From assembly GCA_044376405.1 (NCBI GenBank), contig JBILKZ010000003.1, positions 4,895 to 68,894 on the forward strand: a stretch of 64,000 bases of DNA, in the 5' to 3' direction. Below the pieces are notes generated by a model. The model was not told where the DNA came from, made no database searches, and saw nothing but the letters and a program-made list of their open reading frames with translations. Both the position numbers and the translations under genes were made by a program. The stretch is from Pirellulales bacterium. GTDB taxonomy: Bacteria > Planctomycetota > Planctomycetia > Pirellulales > UBA1268. Shown here in pieces: positions 35,851 to 44,154 of the stretch. The first letter of the stretch is position 1; every line of letters begins with the position of its first letter.

Positions 35851-36405
35851 ATGCCCATGTATCGACCGATGTCTGGAGCGGGTTTTGCATACCCGCTGGA
35901 TGAACTGCGCGACGAGTTGGACCGGTTGTGGACCTCCCTCACAGCGGCCCCGCCGCTGCATGGATGGGGCGTTCGGCCCGGCTCCGACGTCTTTCCGGCC
36001 GTCAACCTCAGCGAGAGCGACGACTGCATCACCGTTGAAGCCGAACTGCCCGGACTCGAAGCCGGCGATGTTGATATCGCTGTGAGCGGCGAGGAACTCG
36101 TATTGAAGGGAGCCCGGCCGGAGCCGCACCGTCCCACTGAGCCCGCGGCCGCCAAGCCCACGACCGCTGAAACCGGCGATCCAGCCGGGCAAAGCACATC
36201 CGGGCAAGGCAACGGGGAGCGGCACAAGGCCGTCACCTGGCATCGCCGGGAACGGGGCACGGGCAGCTTCGAACGGCGGCTCACGCTGCCTGTCGCCGTG
36301 GATGCCAGCCGCGTCGAAGCCAAACTCGTCGACGGCGTGCTCACCATCACCTGCCCGAAGGCCCCTGAACGTCAGCCTCACAAGGTGAAGGTCCGGGCCG
36401 GGTAA
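35851..36405 (+). CDS. Hsp20/alpha-crystallin family small heat-shock protein (with loop insertion)
   Basis: FPAVNLSESDDCITVEAELPGLEAGDVDIAVSGEELVLKG ... RRERGTGSFERRLTLPVAVDASRVEAKLVDGVLTITCPK. The SD GAGGAG lies 6 nt upstream. Confidence 0.9.
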   Translation: MPMYRPMSGAGFAYPLDELRDELDRLWTSLTAAPPLHGWGVRPGSDVFPAVNLSESDDCITVEAELPGLEAGDVDIAVSGEELVLKGARPEPHRPTEPAAAKPTTAETGDPAGQSTSGQGNGERHKAVTWHRRERGTGSFERRLTLPVAVDASRVEAKLVDGVLTITCPKAPERQPHKVKVRAG

Positions 36406-36427
36406 TGCTGCGGCACGGCTGAATCCC

Positions 36428-36462
36428 ACGCCGTGGCCTGTCACCAAGTCAGGCCACGGCGT
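36428..36462 (+). other. 11-bp perfect stem-loop between hsp20 copies 1 and 2
   Basis: ACGCCGTGGCC (36428-36438) pairs with GGCCACGGCGT (36452-36462), with a 13-nt loop. No U-tract follows. Confidence 0.5.
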
Positions 36463-36514
36463 CCACCGATCGACAGACGGTATCCCAACAACCCCTTCCG
36501 ATAGGAGCATTCCC

Positions 36515-36934
36515 ATGGTCACACCCACCCAAACCGCCCCACAAGCAGCCAACCAACCGCGGCCCGAACAGCCCGCCCAGCAGCCGAAGGCCGCAGCGGC
36601 CCCCGGCCTCACCTACCAGCCCAACGTCGACGTCTGCGACTGTGGTGCCGAAGTGATGCTGGTCACCGACATGCCGGGGGCGTCGGCGGAGAGCATGAAC
36701 GTCTCCTTCGAGGACGGCGTGCTGTCGGTGCATGCGAAGGTGCCGCAGCGGTCCCTGCCGGGCCGGCAACTCGTGCAGGAATACGGAATCGGCGACTACC
36801 GTCGCTCGTTCCGGCTGGGCGAGGGCTTCGATGCGTCGCAGATCTCCGCCGAGTACCGCAAGGGCGTGCTCACGATCCACGTGCCACGGCTGGCGGCGGT
36901 GCGGCCACGGAAGATCGAGGTGCGGCCCGCCTGA
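36515..36934 (+). CDS. Hsp20/alpha-crystallin family small heat-shock protein
   Basis: YQPNVDVCDCGAEVMLVTDMPGASAESMNVSFEDGVLSVHAKV...GDYRRSFRLGEGFDASQISAEYRKGVLTIHVPR. Confidence 0.9.
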   Translation: MVTPTQTAPQAANQPRPEQPAQQPKAAAAPGLTYQPNVDVCDCGAEVMLVTDMPGASAESMNVSFEDGVLSVHAKVPQRSLPGRQLVQEYGIGDYRRSFRLGEGFDASQISAEYRKGVLTIHVPRLAAVRPRKIEVRPA

Positions 36935-37029
36935 CCGTCGTGCGGTGCGACCACAGAAAACGTGAAGAACGATGGTGTCGAGTGTTTTGCGAGTGAACAG
37001 TCTCAACTGAAAAGAAAAGGGGACGATCC

Positions 37030-37515
37030 ATGAGTCTGATACCTTTTCGCATGAAGCGGTCGAGCGGCATGGAGCCTGCCACCCTGACGACGATGGCCGA
37101 TTTCCGCAACGAGATGAACCGTCTCTTCGAGGGCTTCTTCAGCCGTCCGCTGACGGGGCCGTCGTGGTTCGAGACGGGCGAACCCAGCCAGTGGATGCCC
37201 GCGATCGATCTCTCGGAGAGTGGCGAGGAGATCCACGTGCGGGCCGAACTGCCCGGCATCGACCCGAAGGACGTCGATGTCAGCGTCTCGGAAGACCGGC
37301 TGGTGATCTCGGGCGAGAAGAAGTCGGCGACGCAGAAGACGACCGACGGCTGGACGCACCGTGAGAGCCACTTTGGCAGCTTCAGCCGCGCGATCCCGCT
37401 GCCGGAGGCGGTCGACCCCGCGAAGGTGACGGCCCGTTACGACAAGGGCGTGCTCACCGTCGAACTGACGAAGTCGCCGTCGAGCACCTCGCGGAAGGTG
37501 CCGGTGCTCACGTAA
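37030..37515 (+). CDS. Hsp20/alpha-crystallin family small heat-shock protein
   Basis: WMPAIDLSESGEEIHVRAELPGIDPKDVDVSVSEDRLVISGEKK...RESHFGSFSRAIPLPEAVDPAKVTARYDKGVLTVELTK. Confidence 0.92.
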   Translation: MSLIPFRMKRSSGMEPATLTTMADFRNEMNRLFEGFFSRPLTGPSWFETGEPSQWMPAIDLSESGEEIHVRAELPGIDPKDVDVSVSEDRLVISGEKKSATQKTTDGWTHRESHFGSFSRAIPLPEAVDPAKVTARYDKGVLTVELTKSPSSTSRKVPVLT

Positions 37516-37564
37516 GAAACGGCCGCTTGTCGCGTCATGTCGGCCAACGTCAAGGTATGCTGGG

Positions 37565-37593
37565 GGCCACGGGAGGAATCGCCTTCCGTGGCC
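37565..37593 (+). terminator. 12-bp stem-loop after the hsp20 triplet (weak U-tract)
   Basis: GGCCACGGGAGG-AATCG-CCTTCCGTGGCC with one G-U pair, followed by CTCAGCTCTTTCATC. It is intergenic only if the next gene starts at 37621. Confidence 0.4.
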
Positions 37594-37620
37594 CTCAGCT
37601 CTTTCATCTGCGACCCTCCG

Positions 37621-38460
37621 ATGCCACTCGTGCTTTCGCCAATCGCCGCGGCCGACGAAGGCCCGCTCTCGATCGAATTCGAGGGCGTTGTGCCCGACCG
37701 GCTACTCGATCTCGACGCCGCAGCCGTCGCCCGTTTCCAGGTGCTGGCCGACGGCCGTCCCTGTCCGCTCGGCGACCTGTTCACGATTCATGGCGATGCC
37801 GCCGATGGCCGGATCGAGTGCGTCGGCGATTTCTCCCGCGTGCATCGGCTCGGCGCCGGCATGCAACAGGGCGAGATCACGGTGCGAGGCAGCGCCGGCC
37901 GCCACGCAGCCGCGGCGATGGCGGGAGGCAGGCTGACCGTCAACGGTGACGCCGGCGACTGGCTGGCTGCCGGGATGACGGGCGGCGAGGTGCTTGTGGA
38001 GGGCAATGCCGGCGACAACGCCGCGGCGGCACTCCCCGGTGATGATCTCGGCGTCCGCGGCGGGCTGATCACGATCAACGGCGACGTCGGCTGCCTGGCC
38101 GGGGCGAGAATGCGGCGGGGCCTGCTCGGCATCGGTGGCTCCTGCGGCGAGGCGGCCGCCTTCGAAATGCGGGCCGGCACGGTGCTCGTGGCTGGTCGGG
38201 TGGGCCGGCGGCCCGGCGTGGGGATGCGGCGGGGCTCGCTCATTGCCCTGTCGGCCATGCCGGACGTACCGCCCACCTTTTCCCGTGGCGCATCCTGGTC
38301 GCCCACCGTTCTCCCGCTCTTGGCAGCCCGGCTGGCCCGGGCTGGATTCAGGGCCACCGCAGGCCGGCCGGCCGACGCCTTCGGCGGCGTCTGGCAGCAG
38401 TGGCATGGCGATCTCCTGACCGGCGGCCGGGGCGAGATTTTCCACCGACTCTGCCCCTGA
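37621..38460 (+). CDS. formylmethanofuran dehydrogenase subunit C / FhcC-like GXGXG beta-helix protein
   Basis: GEITVRGSAGRHAAAAMAGGRLTVNGDAGDWLAAGMTGGEVLVEGNAGDNAAAALPG...LITINGDVGCLAGARMRRGLLGIGGSCGEAAAFEMRAGTVLVAG. The start is moved from 37537 to the ATG at 37621. Confidence 0.75.
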   Translation: MPLVLSPIAAADEGPLSIEFEGVVPDRLLDLDAAAVARFQVLADGRPCPLGDLFTIHGDAADGRIECVGDFSRVHRLGAGMQQGEITVRGSAGRHAAAAMAGGRLTVNGDAGDWLAAGMTGGEVLVEGNAGDNAAAALPGDDLGVRGGLITINGDVGCLAGARMRRGLLGIGGSCGEAAAFEMRAGTVLVAGRVGRRPGVGMRRGSLIALSAMPDVPPTFSRGASWSPTVLPLLAARLARAGFRATAGRPADAFGGVWQQWHGDLLTGGRGEIFHRLCP

Positions 38461-38557
38461 GCCCAAAAATTGCGGATTTCCGTAACCCCGCTTCCGAGAC
38501 GGTCGATTCTCCGTTATTCTTTGGGACTCTCGTTCCGAACCTCAGAAGACAGCAACT

Positions 38558-38926
38558 ATGCCCACGATCAGCCAGCTCGTCCGCAGCCGCCGCCGGCCCA
38601 AGCGGAAGTTTTCCAAGTCGCCCGTGCTCGACCGCTGCCCGCAGAAGCGCGGCGTCTGTCTGCAGGTTCGAACGATGACGCCCAAGAAGCCGAATTCGGC
38701 TCTTCGGAAGATCGCCCGCGTGCGGCTGTCGAATCAGAAGGAAGTCACCGTCTACATCCCGGGTGAAGGCCACAACCTGCAGGAGCACTCGATTGTGCTC
38801 ATCCGCGGCGGCCGTGTTCGCGACCTCCCCGGTGTTCGCTACCACATCATTCGCGGTGCGCTCGACACGCTGGGCGTGCAGGGTCGGAAGCAGTCCCGCA
38901 GTCTCTACGGTGCAAAGAAGGGTTGA
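38558..38926 (+). CDS. rpsL: 30S ribosomal protein S12
   Basis: MPTISQLVR...[25 protein letters not shown]...[32 protein letters not shown]. Confidence 0.97.
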   Translation: MPTISQLVRSRRRPKRKFSKSPVLDRCPQKRGVCLQVRTMTPKKPNSALRKIARVRLSNQKEVTVYIPGEGHNLQEHSIVLIRGGRVRDLPGVRYHIIRGALDTLGVQGRKQSRSLYGAKKG

Positions 38927-38935
38927 TAAGCAATC

Positions 38936-39406
38936 ATGGGAAGAATCACATCGAGCCGCGAGCAACTCCGTCCCGATCCGCGTTTTGGATCGCTGTTGGC
39001 CAGCAAGTTCGTTAACTGCCTGATGGAAGACGGCAAGAAGAGCGTCGCCCAAAACATCTTCTACAAGGCGATGGACATCGTCTCCGAGAAGATTACCGAC
39101 GCCGAGCCGATCGAGATCTTCAACCGCGCCATCGAAAACATCAAACCTTCGGTCGAAGTTCGGTCGAAGCGTGTCGGTGGTGCTGCCTACCAGGTGCCGA
39201 TGCAGGTCAGCCGCAACCGTCAGCAGTCGCTGGCGATCCGCTGGCTGCTCCTGTCGGTGCGTGAGAAGAAGGGCCGGGGAACGCACGAGAAACTCGCCGA
39301 AGAAATCGTCGCCGCCTACAAGCGCGAGGGTGCTGCGGTGACCAAGCGTGACAACGTGCACCGCATGGCCGACGCCAACAAGGCGTTCGCGCACTTCGCC
39401 TGGTAA
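38936..39406 (+). CDS. rpsG: 30S ribosomal protein S7
   Basis: PDPRFGS...[23 protein letters not shown]...[13 protein letters not shown]...[25 protein letters not shown]. Confidence 0.96.
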   Translation: MGRITSSREQLRPDPRFGSLLASKFVNCLMEDGKKSVAQNIFYKAMDIVSEKITDAEPIEIFNRAIENIKPSVEVRSKRVGGAAYQVPMQVSRNRQQSLAIRWLLLSVREKKGRGTHEKLAEEIVAAYKREGAAVTKRDNVHRMADANKAFAHFAW

Positions 39407-39416
39407 GGCGTGAGGC

Positions 39417-39929
39417 ATGGATCCTGCCGCGTCGCATCTGCTCGGTCAGCTGATCCGGGGCCGGTCCGTTGCCTCGCTGGCCACGCTCCATGAGGGTCTG
39501 CCGTTCGCGTCGATGGTGCCCTACGCCGTCTGGCACGACGACGCCGACGAACGTCTGCTGTTCGTCACGCACGTCAGCCGGCTCTCGGCTCACACCCGCG
39601 ACATGCTCGAGTCGCCGCAGGTCTGCCTGATGATCACGGCGCCGGAGGCCACGAGCGTCTCCGAGCCGGTGCTGCCACAGGCGTTGCCGCGGGTGTCGAT
39701 CCCGGCCGTCGCCACGTTCATCGATCGGGAGCATGCCGACTATTCATCGCTTGCGCGGGCGTATCTCGAAAAGTTCCCCTTCGCAGCCGACTGGTTCCAA
39801 CTCGGCGACTTTTCGATCGTGGCGTTCACGCCGGCGGGTTCAGCCCGCTTCATCGCTGGCTTCGCCCGCGCGATGACGGTGTCGACCGCGCAGCTGCAGG
39901 CCGCCGTCGGCGGTGGCGGACAGGCCTAA
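39417..39929 (+). CDS. pyridoxamine-5'-phosphate-oxidase-like (split-barrel, HugZ/PNPOx-related) protein
   Basis: [22 protein letters not shown]...[27 protein letters not shown]. The family call is by resemblance only. Confidence 0.6.
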   Translation: MDPAASHLLGQLIRGRSVASLATLHEGLPFASMVPYAVWHDDADERLLFVTHVSRLSAHTRDMLESPQVCLMITAPEATSVSEPVLPQALPRVSIPAVATFIDREHADYSSLARAYLEKFPFAADWFQLGDFSIVAFTPAGSARFIAGFARAMTVSTAQLQAAVGGGGQA

Positions 39930-39960
39930 CGCTCACTCTCGAGAAGGGAAAGAAGGCCGA

Positions 39961-40113
39961 CACGCCGAGTTGCTTGAGGTTGTTGCTACAACTGCTGCAA
40001 CGGGCCGACTCCCGGGCCGCCTGCACCGCCGGCAGGAGCAGCCCCACGAGCGTGCCGATGATCGCGATCACGACCAAGAGCTCCACGAGCGTGAACCCCG
40101 CACGCCGCTTCAC
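39961..40113 (-). pseudogene. truncated DUF1559 gene (only the prepilin-type N-terminal ~50 codons remain)
   Basis: (V)[50 protein letters not shown] is followed by unrelated sequence. Intact family members, such as 22074..23096, are about 340 aa. The residual ORF runs into the 3' end of the preceding plus-strand gene. Confidence 0.7.
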
Positions 40114-40457
40114 GACCGCCTGCACGAACCCCTGCGGACTCCGGCCAAGCGATCTCGAGACGCGGCCTCGCAACCGCGGCCATGAATAGAAACATGAACA
40201 GAAACATGAGCATGAACTGGTGCTGGTGCGCATGATTCCGGTGCTCCGCAAAAAAATGACAGCCGATCAGGATGCGTGGCCATGCCCCGCTGGCCGACGA
40301 CACCACCCTACCCTAGGGGGAGTCTATTTTTTTTTGTGCCACCGGCCGCAAGGACCGTGATTTACGCGATCACAACAATCTTTTACGTTTTGAGGATCAC
40401 AAGCAGCGATCCTTCTCAGGAACATGCTGCCCCGCTTGCGATTGACCGTTCGCGTTC

Positions 40458-40486
40458 TTGACTCGACAGTGAATCATTTGTACACT
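40458..40486 (+). promoter_or_regulatory. sigma70-like promoter TTGACT-N17-TACACT upstream of the toxin-antitoxin pair
   Basis: -35 TTGACT is at 40458-40463 and -10 TACACT at 40481-40486, with a 17-nt spacer. It lies in a visibly AT-richer stretch about 55 nt upstream of the ATG at 40540. Confidence 0.5.
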
Positions 40487-40539
40487 ATTGGAACTGAGGC
40501 TGAAGTAGGTTTCATTTCGATGCACGAGAGTCGATTCCA

Positions 40540-40773
40540 ATGACCGCAATCGAAATTCTCCGTGAACTGGCCGCATTGACTCCGTCGGAACGTCGCGAGA
40601 TCGCGCAGCGACTTGCTGAAATGGAAGGCGGCGCGGTCGATCTGAGCCGTCGCGGCATCGACACCCATGCTGCCGCCGAGTTGCGTGGCAGTCTGCAGCA
40701 GTTCGCAGAGGATTGGAATAGCCCGGAAATGAGCGTCTACGATGACTACGATGCCGCCAAAGCAACGCTGTAA
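40540..40773 (+). CDS. putative type II antitoxin (addiction-module-component-like N-terminus)
   Basis: MTAIEILRELAALTPSERREIAQRLAEME... with an acidic C-terminus EDWNSPEMSVYDDYD. It overlaps the start of the downstream PemK/MazF-like gene. Confidence 0.65.
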   Translation: MTAIEILRELAALTPSERREIAQRLAEMEGGAVDLSRRGIDTHAAAELRGSLQQFAEDWNSPEMSVYDDYDAAKATL

Positions 40774-41107
40774 CCGTGGCGATGTCGTCCTGGTGCTCTT
40801 TCCGCATTCCGATCTCAAGAGTGCAAAAACGAGGCCGGCGATTGTGGTGCAAGCCGACGATCTCCGAGCCGACTTGCCGCAAGTGATCGTGGCCATGATC
40901 AGCGGCAGAGTGTTTCGTGCCGGTCATCCCAGCCGCGTCGTCGTTCGACATGACGCGCCCGAATGGCAATCCTCTGGCCTGTTGGGCGACTCGGTCGTGA
41001 TGACTGACAACCTCGCAACCGTTGCCGAGGCAGCCATCGACCGGGTGATCGGCACACTACCGATGCACGCAATCAATCAGTCGCTTCGTCACACGCTGGG
41101 GCTCTGA
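40742..41107 (+). CDS. MazF/PemK family toxin (mRNA interferase fold)
   Basis: RGDVVLVLFPHSDLKSAKTRPAIVVQADDL...VIVAMISGR...SGLLGDSVVMTDNLATV. The start could instead be the ATG at 40751. Confidence 0.75.
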   Translation: MTTMPPKQRCNRGDVVLVLFPHSDLKSAKTRPAIVVQADDLRADLPQVIVAMISGRVFRAGHPSRVVVRHDAPEWQSSGLLGDSVVMTDNLATVAEAAIDRVIGTLPMHAINQSLRHTLGL

Positions 41108-41179
41108 CCGCCGACGATAGCCAGCCCTCAGAACCGGGCTATTTGCAAATAAAGCGATCACGGCGGACTCAGCTGCCCG

Positions 41180-43159
41180 CTACCGCACCCGCACCCGCAT
41201 CGGCAGCATCATGAGCGGCCGGCCCGACGAGAACTGCACCAGCGCGTCGGCCTCGGCAGCCAGCCCTTCGAGCCCAGGCACGCCGGCCATTCGGGCCAGC
41301 AGCGCCGCCCGCACGAGGGCTTCGCGGGCGAAGCTCGAGCCCGTGGCAGTTCCGGCACTGGCAAGCCGCGCTACCGGGGCCGCGTCGCCGGCCATGCCGA
41401 AGAGATCGTCGAAGAGGCCACGCGGCTCAGGGAGGAGCACCCGCTCGATCGCCTCGTCTGCACCGATCCCAGCCAGTTTCTTCGCCTCGTCGATGGCATC
41501 GTCAAGCGTACCGAGACGATCCACCAGTCCGAGATCCTTTGCCATCCGCCCGGTGAAGACCCGGCCCTCGGCGAGCTTGCCAATGGTCTCCATGTCGAGC
41601 TTGCGGCCAGAGGCAACCTTCGACGTGAACAGCCGGTAGACGTCCTTCATCGTCGCCAGAAACACCTCCCGCTCCTGCTCGGTAAAGGGCGTTTGCATCG
41701 AGAGCCAACCGGCATTGCGGCCCTTGGCCACGACGTCGGTATGCACGCCATATTTCTCGAGCGCCTTGCCGACGGCGATCTTGCCGCCGACCACGCCAAT
41801 CGATCCCGTGAGCGTGCCCGGGGCTGCCACGATCTTGTCGGCCGCCACCGCTACGTAATAACCGCCGCTGGCCGCGGTGTCCCCAAGGCTTGCCACCACC
41901 GGCTTCGTGGTTCGCTCGGCCTCCCGCCAGATCAGATCGCTGGCGAGCGCCGACCCGCCTGGCGAATCGATCCGCAGCACGATCGCCGCCACCTTCTCGT
42001 CTTTCGCCGCATCCCGAATCGCCTCGATGACGCTGTCGGATCCGGCCGAACCTCCGGCGAGCAGTTCATCCTTGCCCTTCCCTTCCTTGATCTCACCCGT
42101 GAGATAGATGATGGCGATCTGCTTGTCTTTCCCGGCAGCCGCAGCCTGCTTCTGGCCCGACAGCAGTTCGACGAGCTTCACGAGCCCACCGATGCCGGAA
42201 AAGTCGTTGTCCATTTTCTGTTCGGCGTAGTCACGGGAGATCTTCGGCTCGTCAAGTTTCAGCCGACCGGCCAGGCCGCTGATCACCTCGTCCTCATAGG
42301 CCACAGCGTCGATGAGCTTGGCCTTGACCGCCGCCTCGGGGGTGAACACACCGGTATCGATCAGCGTGCGGACCTGCTCCGCGGGCAGCTTCCGATCGGC
42401 GGCGACCCGCTCGACGAGCTGCTCGTAGAGATCCCCGACAAACTGCTCATATTGGGCGCGGAGCTGCGGGCTCATGCTCGTCCGTGTGAGCGGCTCACCC
42501 GCCCCCTTGAACTCTCCCACCTGCAGGATCTCAGCGTCGACGCCGAGCTTGTCGAGCATCGCCTTGAAGAAGGTCACCTCGGTCCGCACGCCCGTGATCT
42601 CGAGCGTGGCTGCCGGCGGCATCGCCACCGTGTCGCACGCCGACGCGACGACGTAGTGCACGGGATCCGCTCCGATGAGGTGTGCGGCCACCGGCTTGCC
42701 CGCCTTGCGGATCCGGCCGATCGCCGCCCGCAGTTCTTCGGCCCGCCCGCGACCGATGGCCGGCGACTCGATCGACAGCACCACCCCCTTCACCCGCGTG
42801 TCGGCGGCAGCCTTGTCGAGCCGCTCGATGAGACGGTGCAGGTGGGGCGACACATCTGCCAAGAGCCCGCCCTGGCCGACGCCGTCGGGAATCGATCCGG
42901 CCAGAGTGATTTGGGCGATCACCGGCGACTTCTTCTTGGCCTGCTTCTCCGTGGCCTTGGCGTCTTTGTCATCTTTGTCATCTTTGGCATCCTTGTCGGC
43001 CACCTTGGCCTTTGGCTCGGCGGTTGCCGTCTGCCCGTGGACAGCCGTTAGCGGCAGAGCGGCCATGGCCAACAGCAGGACCGTCAGACAGCCCGCACTG
43101 GAAATACAAGCACGGCGGACAGTTCCAACAGGGCTCGGAAGGCCAAAAAAGTGATGCAT
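41180..43159 (-). CDS. sppA: signal peptide peptidase SppA, 67K type (two S49 domains)
   Basis: Two ClpP/S49-like halves (VVLSIESPAIG... and IVLRIDSPGGSALASD...LGDTAASGGYYVA). The start is moved to the ATG giving MHHFFGLPSP...CLTVLLLAMAALPLTAV. Confidence 0.85.
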   Translation of the reverse strand: MHHFFGLPSPVGTVRRACISSAGCLTVLLLAMAALPLTAVHGQTATAEPKAKVADKDAKDDKDDKDAKATEKQAKKKSPVIAQITLAGSIPDGVGQGGLLADVSPHLHRLIERLDKAAADTRVKGVVLSIESPAIGRGRAEELRAAIGRIRKAGKPVAAHLIGADPVHYVVASACDTVAMPPAATLEITGVRTEVTFFKAMLDKLGVDAEILQVGEFKGAGEPLTRTSMSPQLRAQYEQFVGDLYEQLVERVAADRKLPAEQVRTLIDTGVFTPEAAVKAKLIDAVAYEDEVISGLAGRLKLDEPKISRDYAEQKMDNDFSGIGGLVKLVELLSGQKQAAAAGKDKQIAIIYLTGEIKEGKGKDELLAGGSAGSDSVIEAIRDAAKDEKVAAIVLRIDSPGGSALASDLIWREAERTTKPVVASLGDTAASGGYYVAVAADKIVAAPGTLTGSIGVVGGKIAVGKALEKYGVHTDVVAKGRNAGWLSMQTPFTEQEREVFLATMKDVYRLFTSKVASGRKLDMETIGKLAEGRVFTGRMAKDLGLVDRLGTLDDAIDEAKKLAGIGADEAIERVLLPEPRGLFDDLFGMAGDAAPVARLASAGTATGSSFAREALVRAALLARMAGVPGLEGLAAEADALVQFSSGRPLMMLPMRVRVR

Positions 43160-43347
43160 GGTGGTGCCACTCCCAAAAAGACGTGCCAGAGGACTTGAAA
43201 ATGAACGGCCGTATAGTAAGATACTGGCGTCCACACGAGGAAACGACCGATCACTCCGTCGTCTCGCGGACTTCTCAACAACCGCGTCGATCATACACCA
43301 CCGCAAGATACAACACCTGAAGGAAGGCGTCGCCACGCTCGACACAC

Positions 43348-44142
43348 ATGTCCAAAACCCCCGCCAGCAAAACGTCATCGAAGAAGGCCTCTTCTCCTCG
43401 CTCAGCTGCAGGCAAATCGGCCGGAAAGCGGCCCGTCGCCTCGGCTGCGGCCCTGCGGAGTGTGGCCTCGCTCCAAAACGGCCTGCTCGGTAGTAGCCTG
43501 CTTGGCAATAAGGTCTTGGGGCGAACCGTAGACACCGGCACCGAAGGTGACGACGCTCCGACCGAGCGACAGATGGAGATTTATGCCTTCATTCGCGACA
43601 AGATCCACTCCCGCGGCTACGGCCCCACGGTCCGCGAGATCGGCACAGCGTTTAAGATCCGCTCACCCAACGGCGTGGTCTGCCACCTCAAGGCGCTCGA
43701 GCGCAAAGGGCTGATCACCCGTGGCAAGAACATGTCGCGGGCAATCGAACTTGTCGCCGAACCGGCGCATATCAGGGGCCTGCCGCTGGCAGGCTGGGTG
43801 GCGGCCGGCACGCTGCGTCCGGCAGAGGAACAGAGCGAGCGGATCGACTTCGAAAGCCTGTTCAAGCGGGACAACCACTTCGTGCTCAAAGTGATGGGTG
43901 ATTCGATGATCGACGCTCAGATTGCCGATGGCGACTGGGTGGTGATCCAGAAGAAGCAGACCGCGCATTCCGGCGACATCGTGGTGGCCCAGACGGAAGA
44001 CGGCGAGGCGACGCTCAAGCAGTGGTTCCCGGAGCGCGACCGTATCCGTCTGCAGCCTGCGAATCCCTCGATGAAGCCGATCTACGTGAAAAACGCACGG
44101 GTGCTCGGCGTGCTCGTCGGCGTGGTCCGCAAGACGGGATGA
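43348..44142 (+). CDS. lexA: LexA repressor (possible long basic N-terminal extension; start uncertain)
   Basis: Winged-helix PTVREIGTAFKIRSPNGVVCHLKALERKGLI, S24 peptidase VLKVMGDSMIDAQIADGDWVVI and ATLKQW. The canonical N-terminus would begin near APTERQMEIY. The only upstream ATG is 43348, with no well-placed SD. Confidence 0.85.
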   Translation: MSKTPASKTSSKKASSPRSAAGKSAGKRPVASAAALRSVASLQNGLLGSSLLGNKVLGRTVDTGTEGDDAPTERQMEIYAFIRDKIHSRGYGPTVREIGTAFKIRSPNGVVCHLKALERKGLITRGKNMSRAIELVAEPAHIRGLPLAGWVAAGTLRPAEEQSERIDFESLFKRDNHFVLKVMGDSMIDAQIADGDWVVIQKKQTAHSGDIVVAQTEDGEATLKQWFPERDRIRLQPANPSMKPIYVKNARVLGVLVGVVRKTG

Positions 44143-44154
44143 CCAAAATCCAGC

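Noticed and set aside
39850-39960. 3' tail of ORF 39850..40251 beyond the DUF1559 N-terminal homology.
   Set aside because: The sequence after NNLKQLGV ([21 protein letters not shown]...) is unrelated to DUF1559 and overlaps the end of the plus-strand gene 39417..39929. I interpret it as read-through of a truncated pseudogene.
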